A stretch of DNA of 64,000 bases, taken from assembly GCA_964658305.1 (NCBI GenBank), contig OZ210885.1:5146001-5210000 (forward strand), in the 5' to 3' direction. The stretch is from Leptogorgia sarmentosa. Its lineage: Eukaryota. Below the pieces are notes generated by a model, which saw nothing but the letters and a program-made list of their open reading frames with translations, made no database searches and was not told where the DNA came from. The position numbers and the translations under genes are program-made. Positions 50,787 to 62,200 of the stretch are shown here, in pieces (within the stretch, counting starts at the first letter, position 1; every line of letters begins with the position of its first letter).

Positions 50787-53700
50787 CTAGTCCTCCTCGT
50801 TCTCGTTAGCAATCAGTCCAACCAAACGGTCCACAGCCGCCTTCTTTGCTTTACGTGTATTCTGTTCTCTTGGCTCGACCTTTTCATGTTCTATTTCCGC
50901 GTTGACAACACCAGTCTTGTCTTTTCCTTTCTCCGGTACATCTTCTTGGCAAATCTCGAGATCACAAACCAACTGGAGTGGTCTCTCGATCACATAACCG
51001 TTGCCTGTTTTAACCTTGTAGCCTCGCATGATACCGTCCCTTCCAACAATCGTGTCAACTACCTTTCCAAGCTTCCATTTCGCTCGGTGTTTGGTCATAT
51101 CCTTCAGCAGGACTACCGAATTTTTGCGTGGGCTACTTCGATTGTTCCTACGATTCTTCGCTACAAATCGTTCCTGCAATGCGTGGAGGTATTCGTTGAC
51201 CCACCGCCTTCGAATGTTCTGTCTACAGGTCTTCATGTATCGTAATCTTCGGCACAGTTTTTCCTTCTCGTCGCCTATCTCGTCCGTGTTCTCCTCTAGG
51301 AAACAGGTTGGTTGGCCGTGTAACAAAATGTTTGGTGTAACGACTGGGACTTCGAATTCTTCACCAACATAGCACAATGGCCGATTATTCATGAATACTT
51401 CGACATCCAGCAACACCTCCTCGAGCTCCTCGAATTTCAACAAGGCCCTTCCAATTGTCTTCGAAAGGCTAATTTTCATGATTCCGATTAGTCTTTCAAA
51501 GAAATCGCCCCACCACGGTGATCGTGCCATGTTGAATATCCACTGAATATCGTTTATCGCCAAATAGTTAAAAAGATCTTCATCCCTAGCCAAAGTTGAT
51601 AACCATTTCTTCGTCGCTTGAAACGTCCTGGCGTTATCGCTGACAAACAGCCTTGGAGTTCCCCTTCTCGCTACGAAGCCCTTCATCACTCTTTTGAATT
51701 CTGCAAGCGTCATTTCTCTGCATAGGCTCAGGTGTACCGCTCTTGTGGCGGCACACGTGAACAACGCGATATATGCTTTCCTTGTCTGGCCTTTTCCGAT
51801 CTTGTAATATACCGGGCCAGCGAAATCCACCCCGGTTGTGGTGAACGGCTCGGTAAATTCAGTTCGAAAGTTCGGCAGGGGAGCTGTGATTGGCGGATCC
51901 ATCACTTTCACTCTGTACCTCTTGCAGAGGTTGCATTTGTGTACTACGCTCTTGACAATCGATCTTAGTTTAGGGATCCAAAACTTCTCTCGGACTTTGG
52001 ACATCGTAGCTGCTACTCCCCCATGCAAACTTTGTAGATGACAATGTTCTATGAGACGTCTTGCCAACGTTGACTCTCTAGGAATGAATATGGGGTGATA
52101 CCCTTGGATCCGTCCAACGCATCGAACCAGTCCCGTAGCATCCTTCTCGAGCGTCATCTCCGTTCTTATCTCGTTCGATGTTTGAGCGACCCCGACCCAA
52201 ACTTTTTCTGCTCCGGCCATGTCCATCCTGGTAAGCGGACCGGTTCTTTTGTTTTTACGACAGCCCTCGGCAAATCTTTTCACGTACGCCGTCACTCTCA
52301 ATAGTTTCCAGTAGGACATACGGTTAAGCAGTTCGTCAGCCCATTCTCTCACGTCCTCGAGCTCTTCGTCACTTGCATCTTCCGCTAGAAACATCGCTTC
52401 GGAAGTTGACTTTACTTTCACGCTCTCCAATTTGACTTCCTGTGTCTCCGATACTTCAGGTTGAACCGGGCCGTCTGATCCATCCGTAAGCCATTCTGGT
52501 CCCTTGAACCATGACTCACCCAGTTTGTCAGGACTAGTTCCTCGGGTACCGAGATCGCTTGGGTTCTCTGTTGTGGGCACATATTTCTATGTTGCCCTCG
52601 TCAGCTCTTTTATCTTCTTCACCCGATTCCGAACGAACGTGGACCACTCACCATGGTCAGACAACCAGTACAGGACGGTGACACTATCAACCCAGTTATG
52701 CAAACTTGCAATAGGAAAGGAACTCAGAGCGTGTTTGACATTGTTCTGAAGTTTTGCTAAGGTGTGGGCCGCCACCAACTCGAGCCTTGGAATGCTTAAA
52801 TTCTTTGGGGCCACTCTCGACTTCGCGACCAACAGGTTCCGATCAACCGGTGTCTCCCCACGATACGAGACGACATATATCACTGCACAAACAGCAAGTT
52901 TGCTAGCATCAGCAAAACCGTGTAGTCGAAAGTGACTTTGACCAATTGTTGCCACACAACGGGGAACAGTTACAGTCGGTGCATTTTTGAGCCCTTTCAC
53001 CCACGTTTTCCATTTCTTCGCGATTTCCTCTGGCACTTCTTCGTCCCAGTGTAGTTTGAGAAGGCAAATTTCCCCGAAAATGATCTTCGCTGTTATAGTA
53101 ACTGGAGCAGTCCATCCGAGTACATCGTAAATGCTGTTGACAACCGATATTATTTTTCTTTTAGTTAAGGGACCGCTGAAATCAGTGATAGTTTCTAAAC
53201 TGACCGAGAATGTATCCTTTTTCTTGTTCCATGGGACCCCAAGGATCTTTGTTTCGTTGCTTCGCTTATTACCAACCGAGCTTTCGGCGTACGTCTGTTC
53301 ATCATCGCCCCGTTCAGCTGAATCCAGCGACTCCACGTTACTGTGCCATTTGTGCAATGGAAAACTCGCCTCCGATAGGATTTTGTCCGACTCTGCTTTG
53401 AAGGCAACGGCTTGCTCCGCGCTGTCCCCGCCTCCTTGAATGTCGTCGACGTAAGTGTCTTCGAGTAAGGATTTGGTGGTTTCAGGATATAGGCTTTCGT
53501 ACCCGGACACATGTTTTTGCAGTGTAGCCCCAAGGATGTATGGTCTCGATGTAGCTCCAAAAATCACACGCGTAAACCGGTAATCCGTCACGTTCCGTTC
53601 TTCCAAGTTGTTGTACCATAGGATTCGTTGCGCGTCTCGATCCTTTTCATGCACCCAAATTTGCAAAAATGCCTTTTGAATGTCTCCAGAAACACAGAAT

Positions 53701-56175
53701 TTTCTGAACCGATTTCGGATCAATATGTCGAACAGCAACGGTTGCAGTGGAGGTCCCGTTTTCAAACAATCGTTCAAAGATGGGCTTTCGGCGTTAGGTT
53801 TCGCAGAACAGTCATAAACTATCCTCATCTTTGTGGTCTGTGCTTTCTCTCGAACGACCGCCTGATGGGGTACATAATGAACTTTCTCCCCCGTAGAATT
53901 CTCCGGCACGGGCTCTATGATGCCTTCCTCTATCTGCTCACGCATTATTCGGTCGTACTCTTGCAATTTCCCCGTACGCTCCAACTTCTTCACGGTGCCC
54001 TCCAATCTAGCTTTGGACAGGTTTCGGTTCATGGGGAGTGGGACTTGGTCTTCCTTCCAAGGCAGTCTCGTCTCATAATGTCCGTGTTCATTTCTTGTCA
54101 ACTGTTCAAGAGATTCTTCATGGATCTGGGTATTTTCCGATTTGGCATCAGCTACCCCAAGGATATCGAGATTGCACAGCTTTGCAAACTCCTCAGTACC
54201 TGACTGCAAGAAGAATTGCTTCTCAACCGAACCTTCCGCTTCTACATGTTGTCCGTACATAGTCCAACCGAGCTTTGTAAATTCCGCTCCTGGGTCTTTA
54301 TCTGGATCATTTCCAAGAACTGGTGGCTCGGTCGTTCGAACTCTCTGGTAATCAGCTGCTCCAAGAATAATGTGAACTGGCATCAATTCACCTTTCGTTT
54401 CCTCTTCGCTAAAACGAAGCCTTCTAAGGCGCGGAAACCCTTGTTTCAGTTTCTTAACATTCGGGTTAGGCAAGTAAGTCAATACATCCTTCTCAGCGTT
54501 GATACATTTCACTTCCAACGAAAACCCTTCGACGGCTTTCGATTCAATTCGAACATTGTAAATTTCAACATCCCTTTGCATTGTCCCAAACATCTGCTCA
54601 ATGCACCGACGCTCTTTTCGTACTGGCTTCAGCCTCTGCTTTGCGATCACATCGGTACAAACGTATGAGCTACCAGCGCCGGTGTCGAACATTACTCGAA
54701 CCGTTCGTGTCCCGATCTTCGCAAGAACGGTTCCATGTAGTGTCGTCGTTTTTTCGATATGCGAACTCATTCCTTTCTCCGCTTTTGAACTTCGCGCAGG
54801 ATCAAGCGTAGCATCTTTTTCTTCGCACAAGGATGTGTGGTGCTTCCTCTGACATTTTTTGCACCCCCGTGACTTGCATTCAGCTGCAACATGTCCTGTC
54901 CCAGTGCAGTTAAAAACACATCTTATTTTGACGCAATATAGACTTCCGAGATTCCACATTTAGCACCTTCGTACAGTTAGTGCTGAAATGCTCGGTTGAA
55001 TGGCAGTACGCACAGGAAAATTTACGCCTTGCTGGCACTTCACTACCCCTCCCAAAAAGCAACGTTTCCCTTCTTCGTAATGAAGGCTTCAAACCACCAT
55101 CAGGTTTCCCAACGTTAGTCTCCTCCTCACGTAACGGATTCCTTTCGACATATCGTCGTAAATTCTCGGTCAACTCTTCTAAACCCCATTCCTCCCAATT
55201 GTCATCTTTCTGCACCAGTATTTCTCTGACGGGTCCAAGTTTATCCATTAATGTGTACACACAGCTTTGCGCAGTCTCGAGCTTCTTCATTGTTACCAGG
55301 GTTCGCACAACCCGAGCTAGCTTATTATAGAATTCATGGATATTACTTATCTTGTGGATGCTGGTTATTGCTGATAATCCCTCCAATTCCTTAATCAACG
55401 CCTTGTGTACCTTAGCCTCTTTACCGTAAGTCTGTTCGAGAATACGTTTTGCCTTCTTGTATCCTTCCACGGAGTGTGGTAATCCCAAAATGTCCTCCTT
55501 GGGTTTTCCTTTGACAAGCTCCAACAGGTAGTTAAGTTTACTTATCTCAGATATGCCCGATCCATCAACTTCGACAGTGAATTGATTCCAAAAGCCCAGC
55601 CAATCCTTGTAGTCCCCGAAGAAAGGGGTTATTGTATACTTTTGGAGTTTCACACTTTGGGTCGACGGCTGAGCTGTCGCTTCCTGTGTTACGTTAGGGA
55701 GGCTCGCCTGCATCCGTTTCTCCATCTCCATCTTTTGCATGTACCATTCTTGTTCTCGTTGTTGCTGTCTAAATGCGGCCTCTTCTCTCTCTTTTTGTTG
55801 CTGATGTTGGAATCTCATCTGTTCCTCATTTACTCGTTGTTGTATGTGTAATTCTCTCTCTAGCTTTTCTTGAGCTTCCTTATCGGTGATTTTTTCCATC
55901 TGCTTCTTTATTTTTGCACGGGCATCTCTGAAAGGCGTTAAAACTCCTTTCTGCGTCCCTGCCCAGGTCGTCATGAATTCAAGATCATTTCCCTGCTCCA
56001 CAAGGTATTCAATGGTGTCATTTTTTGCCTTTTCCACCCGCTTGATTAATTCATCGATCTGTTCGTAAGCACTTTTGACATCATCAATATCTTCACTCCC
56101 AATAAACTCTTCAATTTCTTTAAGCCTTAGTTCTGACACTGCTAACAGTGTTTTGAATTTTGCCTCTGTTGCCAT
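50787..56175 (-). pseudogene. BEL/Pao gag-pol polyprotein broken into three ORFs
   Basis: Gag (PFFGDYKDW..FWNQF, Cys/His knuckles), protease FDTGAG, RT YVDD, RNase H FADAS, integrase HHCC plus VDFAGP / SDNA / FER. A 1-bp frameshift at ~54912 splits the CF-NC knuckle, and an in-frame TAG at 52587-52589 replaces the expected Trp of W-K-Y-V-P. Confidence 0.93.
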
Positions 56176-57952
56176 ACTGTCGACAATTAATGCTGTCACG
56201 TGACCGATTTCCTAAGGTAAGTTTACTATATAAAGTCTAGACAATCCTCAAATTTAGTATGAATTCTCCCAAAATAGTTGTCATAACCAAATAAATCTGT
56301 TAATATTTCCGTGTACTTGCCACTATAACTATACCCAAGATAAAGACGATTCAGCCACAATCCACAATAGATATTCTGAATGTGTATTGAAATATCCAAT
56401 TGAAATGTAAAGTAACGCACGCTACGCAAGCAATAATATATTCCAAATCTCTGTAAACAAATCGCACAACGCTGTCCAAAATTCACGTAAAGGAGTTGAT
56501 AAAAGACCCAGTTAAAGTTACCAATGATAAATACGGCGGATAAAGTGTAAAATTCGCCGTCCCAGTAGACAAATTACCCAGTAAATCACTCACAGTTTCG
56601 AAATCCTGCCGGGGTCGCCACTTCTAGTGTGGGGAATTCTCTTGTATTTTGGCCTCTCACGCTTTCCCTTGCCCCTGCGACACTAGATAGTCACTCACTG
56701 CTCATCAGTTTTATGTGATTTTAATTTAATATCAACAATTTTGTGTTCAAATCGCCACAAAGGGCTGCATAACCATATAAAAAGTATTAAATCGTTTTAA
56801 AAACGTTCTCGCCACGTTGTTTCCTGCCTTCAACCTGCGAACAGGTGGCCTGACGCCACAGCCCGCGAACAGGCCGCGCAAGGTTTTCTACACCTTAACC
56901 GTGCCTTAACCATACATTACTGTGCCTTAACCTGTTAACCATACCTTAACTGTGCCTTGACCATGCCCTAACTGTACAGTATATGCTATATATTTGAATA
57001 TGTGCCAATGAGAAAGTACTGTATTAAAGCGTTTTCATTCGTTATTCTCTAGCCGGATATTTTCTAAGGTACGGCTCTCCTTCCTTTATAACCTCTTTGT
57101 TATATCTTCTTAGTTATACTCTGTTGTGTTTTTTATGCTAAGATTAAGATATTTGTTTGTTAATTTTGCTCAGTGAAAATTATGCATGTGTGTCAATGCC
57201 AAACGTTACTAAATTTTATGTAGGGCTATTCTGAATTAGAGATATAACTGTGTTATCGAAATCTTTTCTTGATTTATTATTGTGATCAACATTCAACAAC
57301 TGTACTGTTTTATTCACTTGTTAACTAACAAATTAACATAACATTAAGTATTATATGTTTTTACTTATAATGACCGCTGAACAAAAGAGAAAAAACTCTG
57401 CGAACAGTGAACGAGGTCGAGGGGTTTTTCTTTGTGTTTTGTTGGATGTTTTGTTATTGTTTTTATGGAGATAAAATCCTTTGTAATCGAGAGAACCAGC
57501 ATAATAAACGAGTCATTTTGTGTGGCCTTTACGGCACACACTTCATACCACAATTAAAAATAGTACGTTTCTAATGGACATTTCCTCTTTTAGAGAATTT
57601 TTTGATTTTTTAAGAAAATTCATCACCACAGCTGGAAAGAGCATCAGAAATTTAGTAAAACTGTGAAGTTTGGTTACAAAATATCGTAAAATGTGGAAAA
57701 TACAGTCAAAGGCATTTGAAGTTTGCAAATTTTGTGTACGTCTGTATTACGCACGGCAAAGTGATACAAAAGCATACAAATTCGCATAGTTACTTTACAT
57801 GAATTTTACGTTGTTTTGTAACCAAAGTACACAGTTTTATTAAATTTGTCATGGGCTTTCCAACTAATTATCAGAATTTTCTCAACTCAAAAATTTGTCA
57901 TAAAGTCCGTCAAATCACGAGCAAATTTGCGTCGCTCACGGTTCATTAATAT

Positions 57953-58933
57953 CAAGGGCGTCAATCCGTCCCAAAAAGTGGGGGGGGCCATAAGCGTACG
58001 GGCTACATTTTTTCGGGGGGCAGAAAGATCTTTGCCCGAATCTGAGGGTAGCAAATGTCACGAGGCGCCACCATGGTTGGCGCCGAGCGAGAAATTTTTG
58101 AACTTTTACAACCTCTGGATTGCCGGAAACGGTGATTTCAGAGTCCTAACTCCACTTTCTTGGTACGGTCGTTCAGGACCGACTGGAGGATTGTTTACAT
58201 TACCTTACTACTAAAATTTTTGCCCGAATTATGCTCAAACTCGGTGCCCGAATTTCCCGATTTGAATTTTTTGGGGGGCATTTGCCCCCCCTTGTCCCCC
58301 CCCCCGCCTCGTACGCTTATAGGGGGGGGGGCAAAAATCTGTCTGTTGTAAAATAGTAATGAAACGTGCCCCTTTCTAGAAGGGTCTGGGGGCATGCTTC
58401 CCCGAAACATTTTGAAATTTGAAACCTCATGCACAAATGCCATTTTCAGCGTTCTGTGGACGAGTTTTACTAAAATTATTCCGCCGAATTTCTTGCCTAA
58501 GTTATGAGAATTTTTTGTCGATGTCGAATGCATGTGTATTATTTGAACACGTATTATTTAAAATAAATAAAATAAAGATTTGAATCGCAAATGAAATGAT
58601 TTGATCATTGTACATACAATGATCAATAAAAACAAAAGCAAATTTGAACGTGCGTACGTGGCTGAGGTCCGTTTATTGCCTTTCCAATTAGGATTTCATT
58701 CGCAGAACTATTCCAAGGCTCCGAATAGTTTTCTTCTGATCTCAGATTGTTGATTGTACTTCAAAATTCACGATATATAGCATACAGGCATGCGGTTTTA
58801 CCAAAGATTACCAAAAAACAATTTTTTTAAACATGATAAAAAGTGGGGGGATAATTAGATATTCGTCCCCCCCACTTCAAAAAGTGGGGGGACGCGTCCC
58901 CCCATCCCCCCCCCCCCAGGATTGACGCCCTTG
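57953..58933. mobile_element. hAT-type MITE with a nested second MITE (57989-~58321)
   Basis: TIR CAAGGGCGTCAATCC; 8-bp TSD ATTAATAT. The nested CATAAGCGTACG...CGTACGCTTAT element shares the GAGGCGCCACCATGGTTGGCGCCGAGCGAGAAA motif with 8791-9283. Confidence 0.87.
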
Positions 58934-59279
58934 ATTAATATAATACCTTATCATATAGAGCGCAAAATTACTAAAACCTGTAACCAAACCTTATAATTAA
59001 TTGAATTTAAATAAATTTATTACAATTGACAAGATAAAAAAAATTAAATATCCTTTTGCTTGATATTATTGTAATGAAAACCTTGAGGGTAATTGTAATT
59101 TTTTAAAACATCATAAGTAACGCATTATTTGAATCACCATGAAATTGACTTCCTTTGATGTCACCATGTTATGTTTTTTTAGTACATCTAAAGTGTTTCA
59201 TTATGAAATAGACCAATGGTACTGTATTTTGCAAATAGTCCTCCATCACTTTTCATGTCTGTACATTATAGATTCTGTG

Positions 59280-62200
59280 ATGGCAAGTGCCATAGCTACC
59301 ACTGCCAGTATATCAGATGAACAAAGAAGATGGGCTGTGGTTGGTGTCTGTCTTACCAAAGTCCTAACACCGCATTTACGAAATGTCCTTGAAGCCGAAC
59401 TACAGAAATGGTATAACCTGTTGTGTAAACCACCTGATGAAGTTGACAAGCAAGTTTTTCCGAAGCATAAAAAAACATTACCTTCTTCAAAACTCCCACT
59501 AAAATATGAAAATATCAACAACAACAAAATACACAAGTCACCTCATGCTTATGACTACACAGTTAAAGACCATTTGTCTTTGGCAAAGTTATTCGTCCAG
59601 CCCTTCATGTCGATGTTTACAGGTTTCGACCAAACTATGGATATGTCTGCAGTACTGACAGTTATGTGTGAAGCAGACCCGTTCATATCATCTGGCGCTG
59701 CAGTCGATGCAAAGATTCTAAGATCAGACGTCAGGAACAAGTGGGCCCATTGTAACTTTTCAGAATGGACCCAACCAGAATTTAACGACGCCTTTAAAAA
59801 AATGGAGTCTTTGGTAAAGAAAATGAATTTACCAGCAGGAGATAAAAAGATCATTTGTGATGATCTGGACAGCTGGAAGGACAAAGGTATGGTAGTTTTA
59901 TTGTTTGAATATCTAGTATCCTAGGGCGCTTTCCATTTACATGGCCAGACCGATCTGACTGATATTTCAAAAGCAAGAAAGATGGTCAAATGAAAAGAGA
60001 CCATTCAAAGACATAAGACTTGGAAATTGAAGTCAAGTTAGGCTAGAATTTTTGCAATATTCTTTAATCAGAACCGTCTGATCGTGTAAATGGGAAGCGC
60101 CCCTATAGTAATGTAGCCAGGTCCAGACATAATTAAAATACACACAGATGTTATAAATACATTTGCTTCGTCAGTTTGAAAACTTTTATGCCGCTGCTTA
60201 GCGATCTGTTACTTCTGTATGCTACAAAATACGGTAACTGCCAGGGAGTTATGTTGTGCCTTTCACACATGCAGACATACAATAAAAAAAACACAAGAAA
60301 TTTCTGTTGTGCCAGTAGTTAACCAAATTTATGCTTTCCGGAACAAATGTTCAGTATCGATTAAAATCGCCTTGCTCGCTACTCTGGTTTGTATAATTGA
60401 ATACAGAGATCCCTTTAGTGTCGAAACGTTGTGACGTGAATACACGTCGAGGGAGCACTATATTCAATTATACAAACCAGTGTAGCGAGCAAAACATGAG
60501 TGATATGTGATATTATACCTGGTTGCCGCGACTTACGAACTAACTTTATAAAATTATAGGTGTTGTGATCACATGTGTATCGTGTGAACATTTCAAACCA
60601 CAATTACGAAGTATCAAATTAAGTAGTATCATTTACACTTACACACTAGTTTAATAGTATTTCAACTGCTGATATGCCATCTAACTTGATAATTTTTATA
60701 GTTTTCTAGCTTGCGTCAGGTAGTTTATGTACTTTTCTAACATACAGTTTTGGATAAATTTCAGGCTTGCAGCTGTGTTTTGGTCAGGCTGTTGATGTTG
60801 AGCTCTTTCAATTGGTTACGAAAGAGGTGGCAGAACTTCGCACTGCTGTTGAAACTTGGAAAACTGAAAATGAAACCGAGGTTTGAAGAAATCTGTTTTT
60901 TAAAATTGAATTAAAAAACGTGAATTAAATACAACAGCGTGGAAAAAAGTGGCTCCCAGGATTTATGCATTTCACAATCTTACAGCAGACGTTAAATTAA
61001 TAAATTAATAGAATAATAGAATTAACAGATAAATTAAAGCAAACCGACGACATATTTTATTATTTAATTTTTGTTAGCTACAGCTGTTATAAAAAATACA
61101 GTCGAACCCCTGTCACGCAGATACCACGGGACCTCGCCGAATTAAAAGGAGTGTCCGCTTAAAACAGAATTTTGGTTTGTGATTTGTCTATGAAAGCACA
61201 AAAAAAAATTAGTTGAAAATAAACAAAAAACAAAATCATGTTTTCCGAGGCCAAAGGGAAAGGGTGCCCGATCGATTGATCACGTGAGTTTTCGGGGGCG
61301 TCCCCAACACTTTTTGCGAGGACTCTTGTTTCGTGGCAGCCATAACTATTTTTAAATGTCTTCAATTATTACATCATTTATATTTTTGCAGTTAATTTCA
61401 TTGCCGAATACACTACATAACATAGAATCAACCTTTGAGAAAGAGTTACGTGCCCTGACGCTGAGAATGCAAATATGTGACAGGCATGGAGCCGAGAACT
61501 CGAAGAAAATAGAGCTTCTTGACAAGAGATTTGACACAGAACTCTCACAATTAATGAGCAAACAAGGAGAGAAGATTCCTTATGTGTTCGATGCTCCAGA
61601 CAGAAACCAGTATTTCTCGGGAAGAACTAGAGAACTTCAAGATCTTCAGCGTATTCTAAAAGTTGATGATACTGAAAAAAAAGTGCGTATAGCAGCAGTC
61701 TGTGGTTTGGGAGGCGTTGGTAAAACAAGTCTTGTCACAGAGTATGCGTACAGAATGAAGAAACATTATCTTGGTGGTGTTTATTGGTTCTCGGCAGAAG
61801 ATGATATGTTTTTTCAACAATCTGTCAATGACGCTGCTTTGAAACTTGGTACCTTACTTGGGACGTTTGATTTGACATTGACACATACCCTCTTAAAAAT
61901 TGGCCAGACAATTAAACCGTGTTTAATCGTCTTAGATTGCCTAGATCAACTGAATCTGTCTTCCAATATATTGAAGTTCATGTCCCTCGTTTCAAGACAA
62001 AACATCTCAGCAAATGTTGTCATGATGACCCGAAGAAATGAAAGTAAACTTGTTGAGGAAGTATCAAGTCTCCATAAAGACTGTTGTCTTAGCCTAAAAT
62101 GTTTCGAAGTAAAAGAAGCAAAGGACTTTATGTTCCACAGAACTGGGTTAACTCGTGATGACAACACGAACAGTATTTCTGAAAGTCTGGTTAATGAATT

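Larger units (their letters stand above)
49967..56892 (-). mobile_element. BEL/Pao LTR retrotransposon, full length, disabled
   Basis: TG...CA LTRs at 56628-56892 (265 bp) and 49967-50739 (265 bp plus a 508-bp insert). CCTT TSD on both sides. PBS TGGCGACCCCGGCAGGAT on the minus strand at ~56603-56620. PPT GGGGGAGGG at 50740-50748. Domain order gag-PR-RT-RH-IN. Confidence 0.96.

Noticed and set aside
54905..54925. Programmed gag-pol frameshift
   Set aside because: It would need a +1 shift in the middle of a zinc knuckle. BEL/Pao elements normally have one ORF and this copy also has a nonsense codon, so a mutation or homopolymer error is more likely.
50781..56068. Many plus-strand ORFs within the retrotransposon
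   Set aside because: Antisense shadows of gag-pol with no recognisable motifs.
56595..56620. tRNA gene
   Set aside because: Only a 3'-end match including CCA; this is the retrotransposon PBS and has no cloverleaf.
59139..59279. N-terminal extension of the 261-aa ORF
   Set aside because: Looks intronic (pyrimidine-rich, TAG acceptor at ~59271). The ATG at 59280 is the more plausible start, although an upstream exon cannot be excluded.
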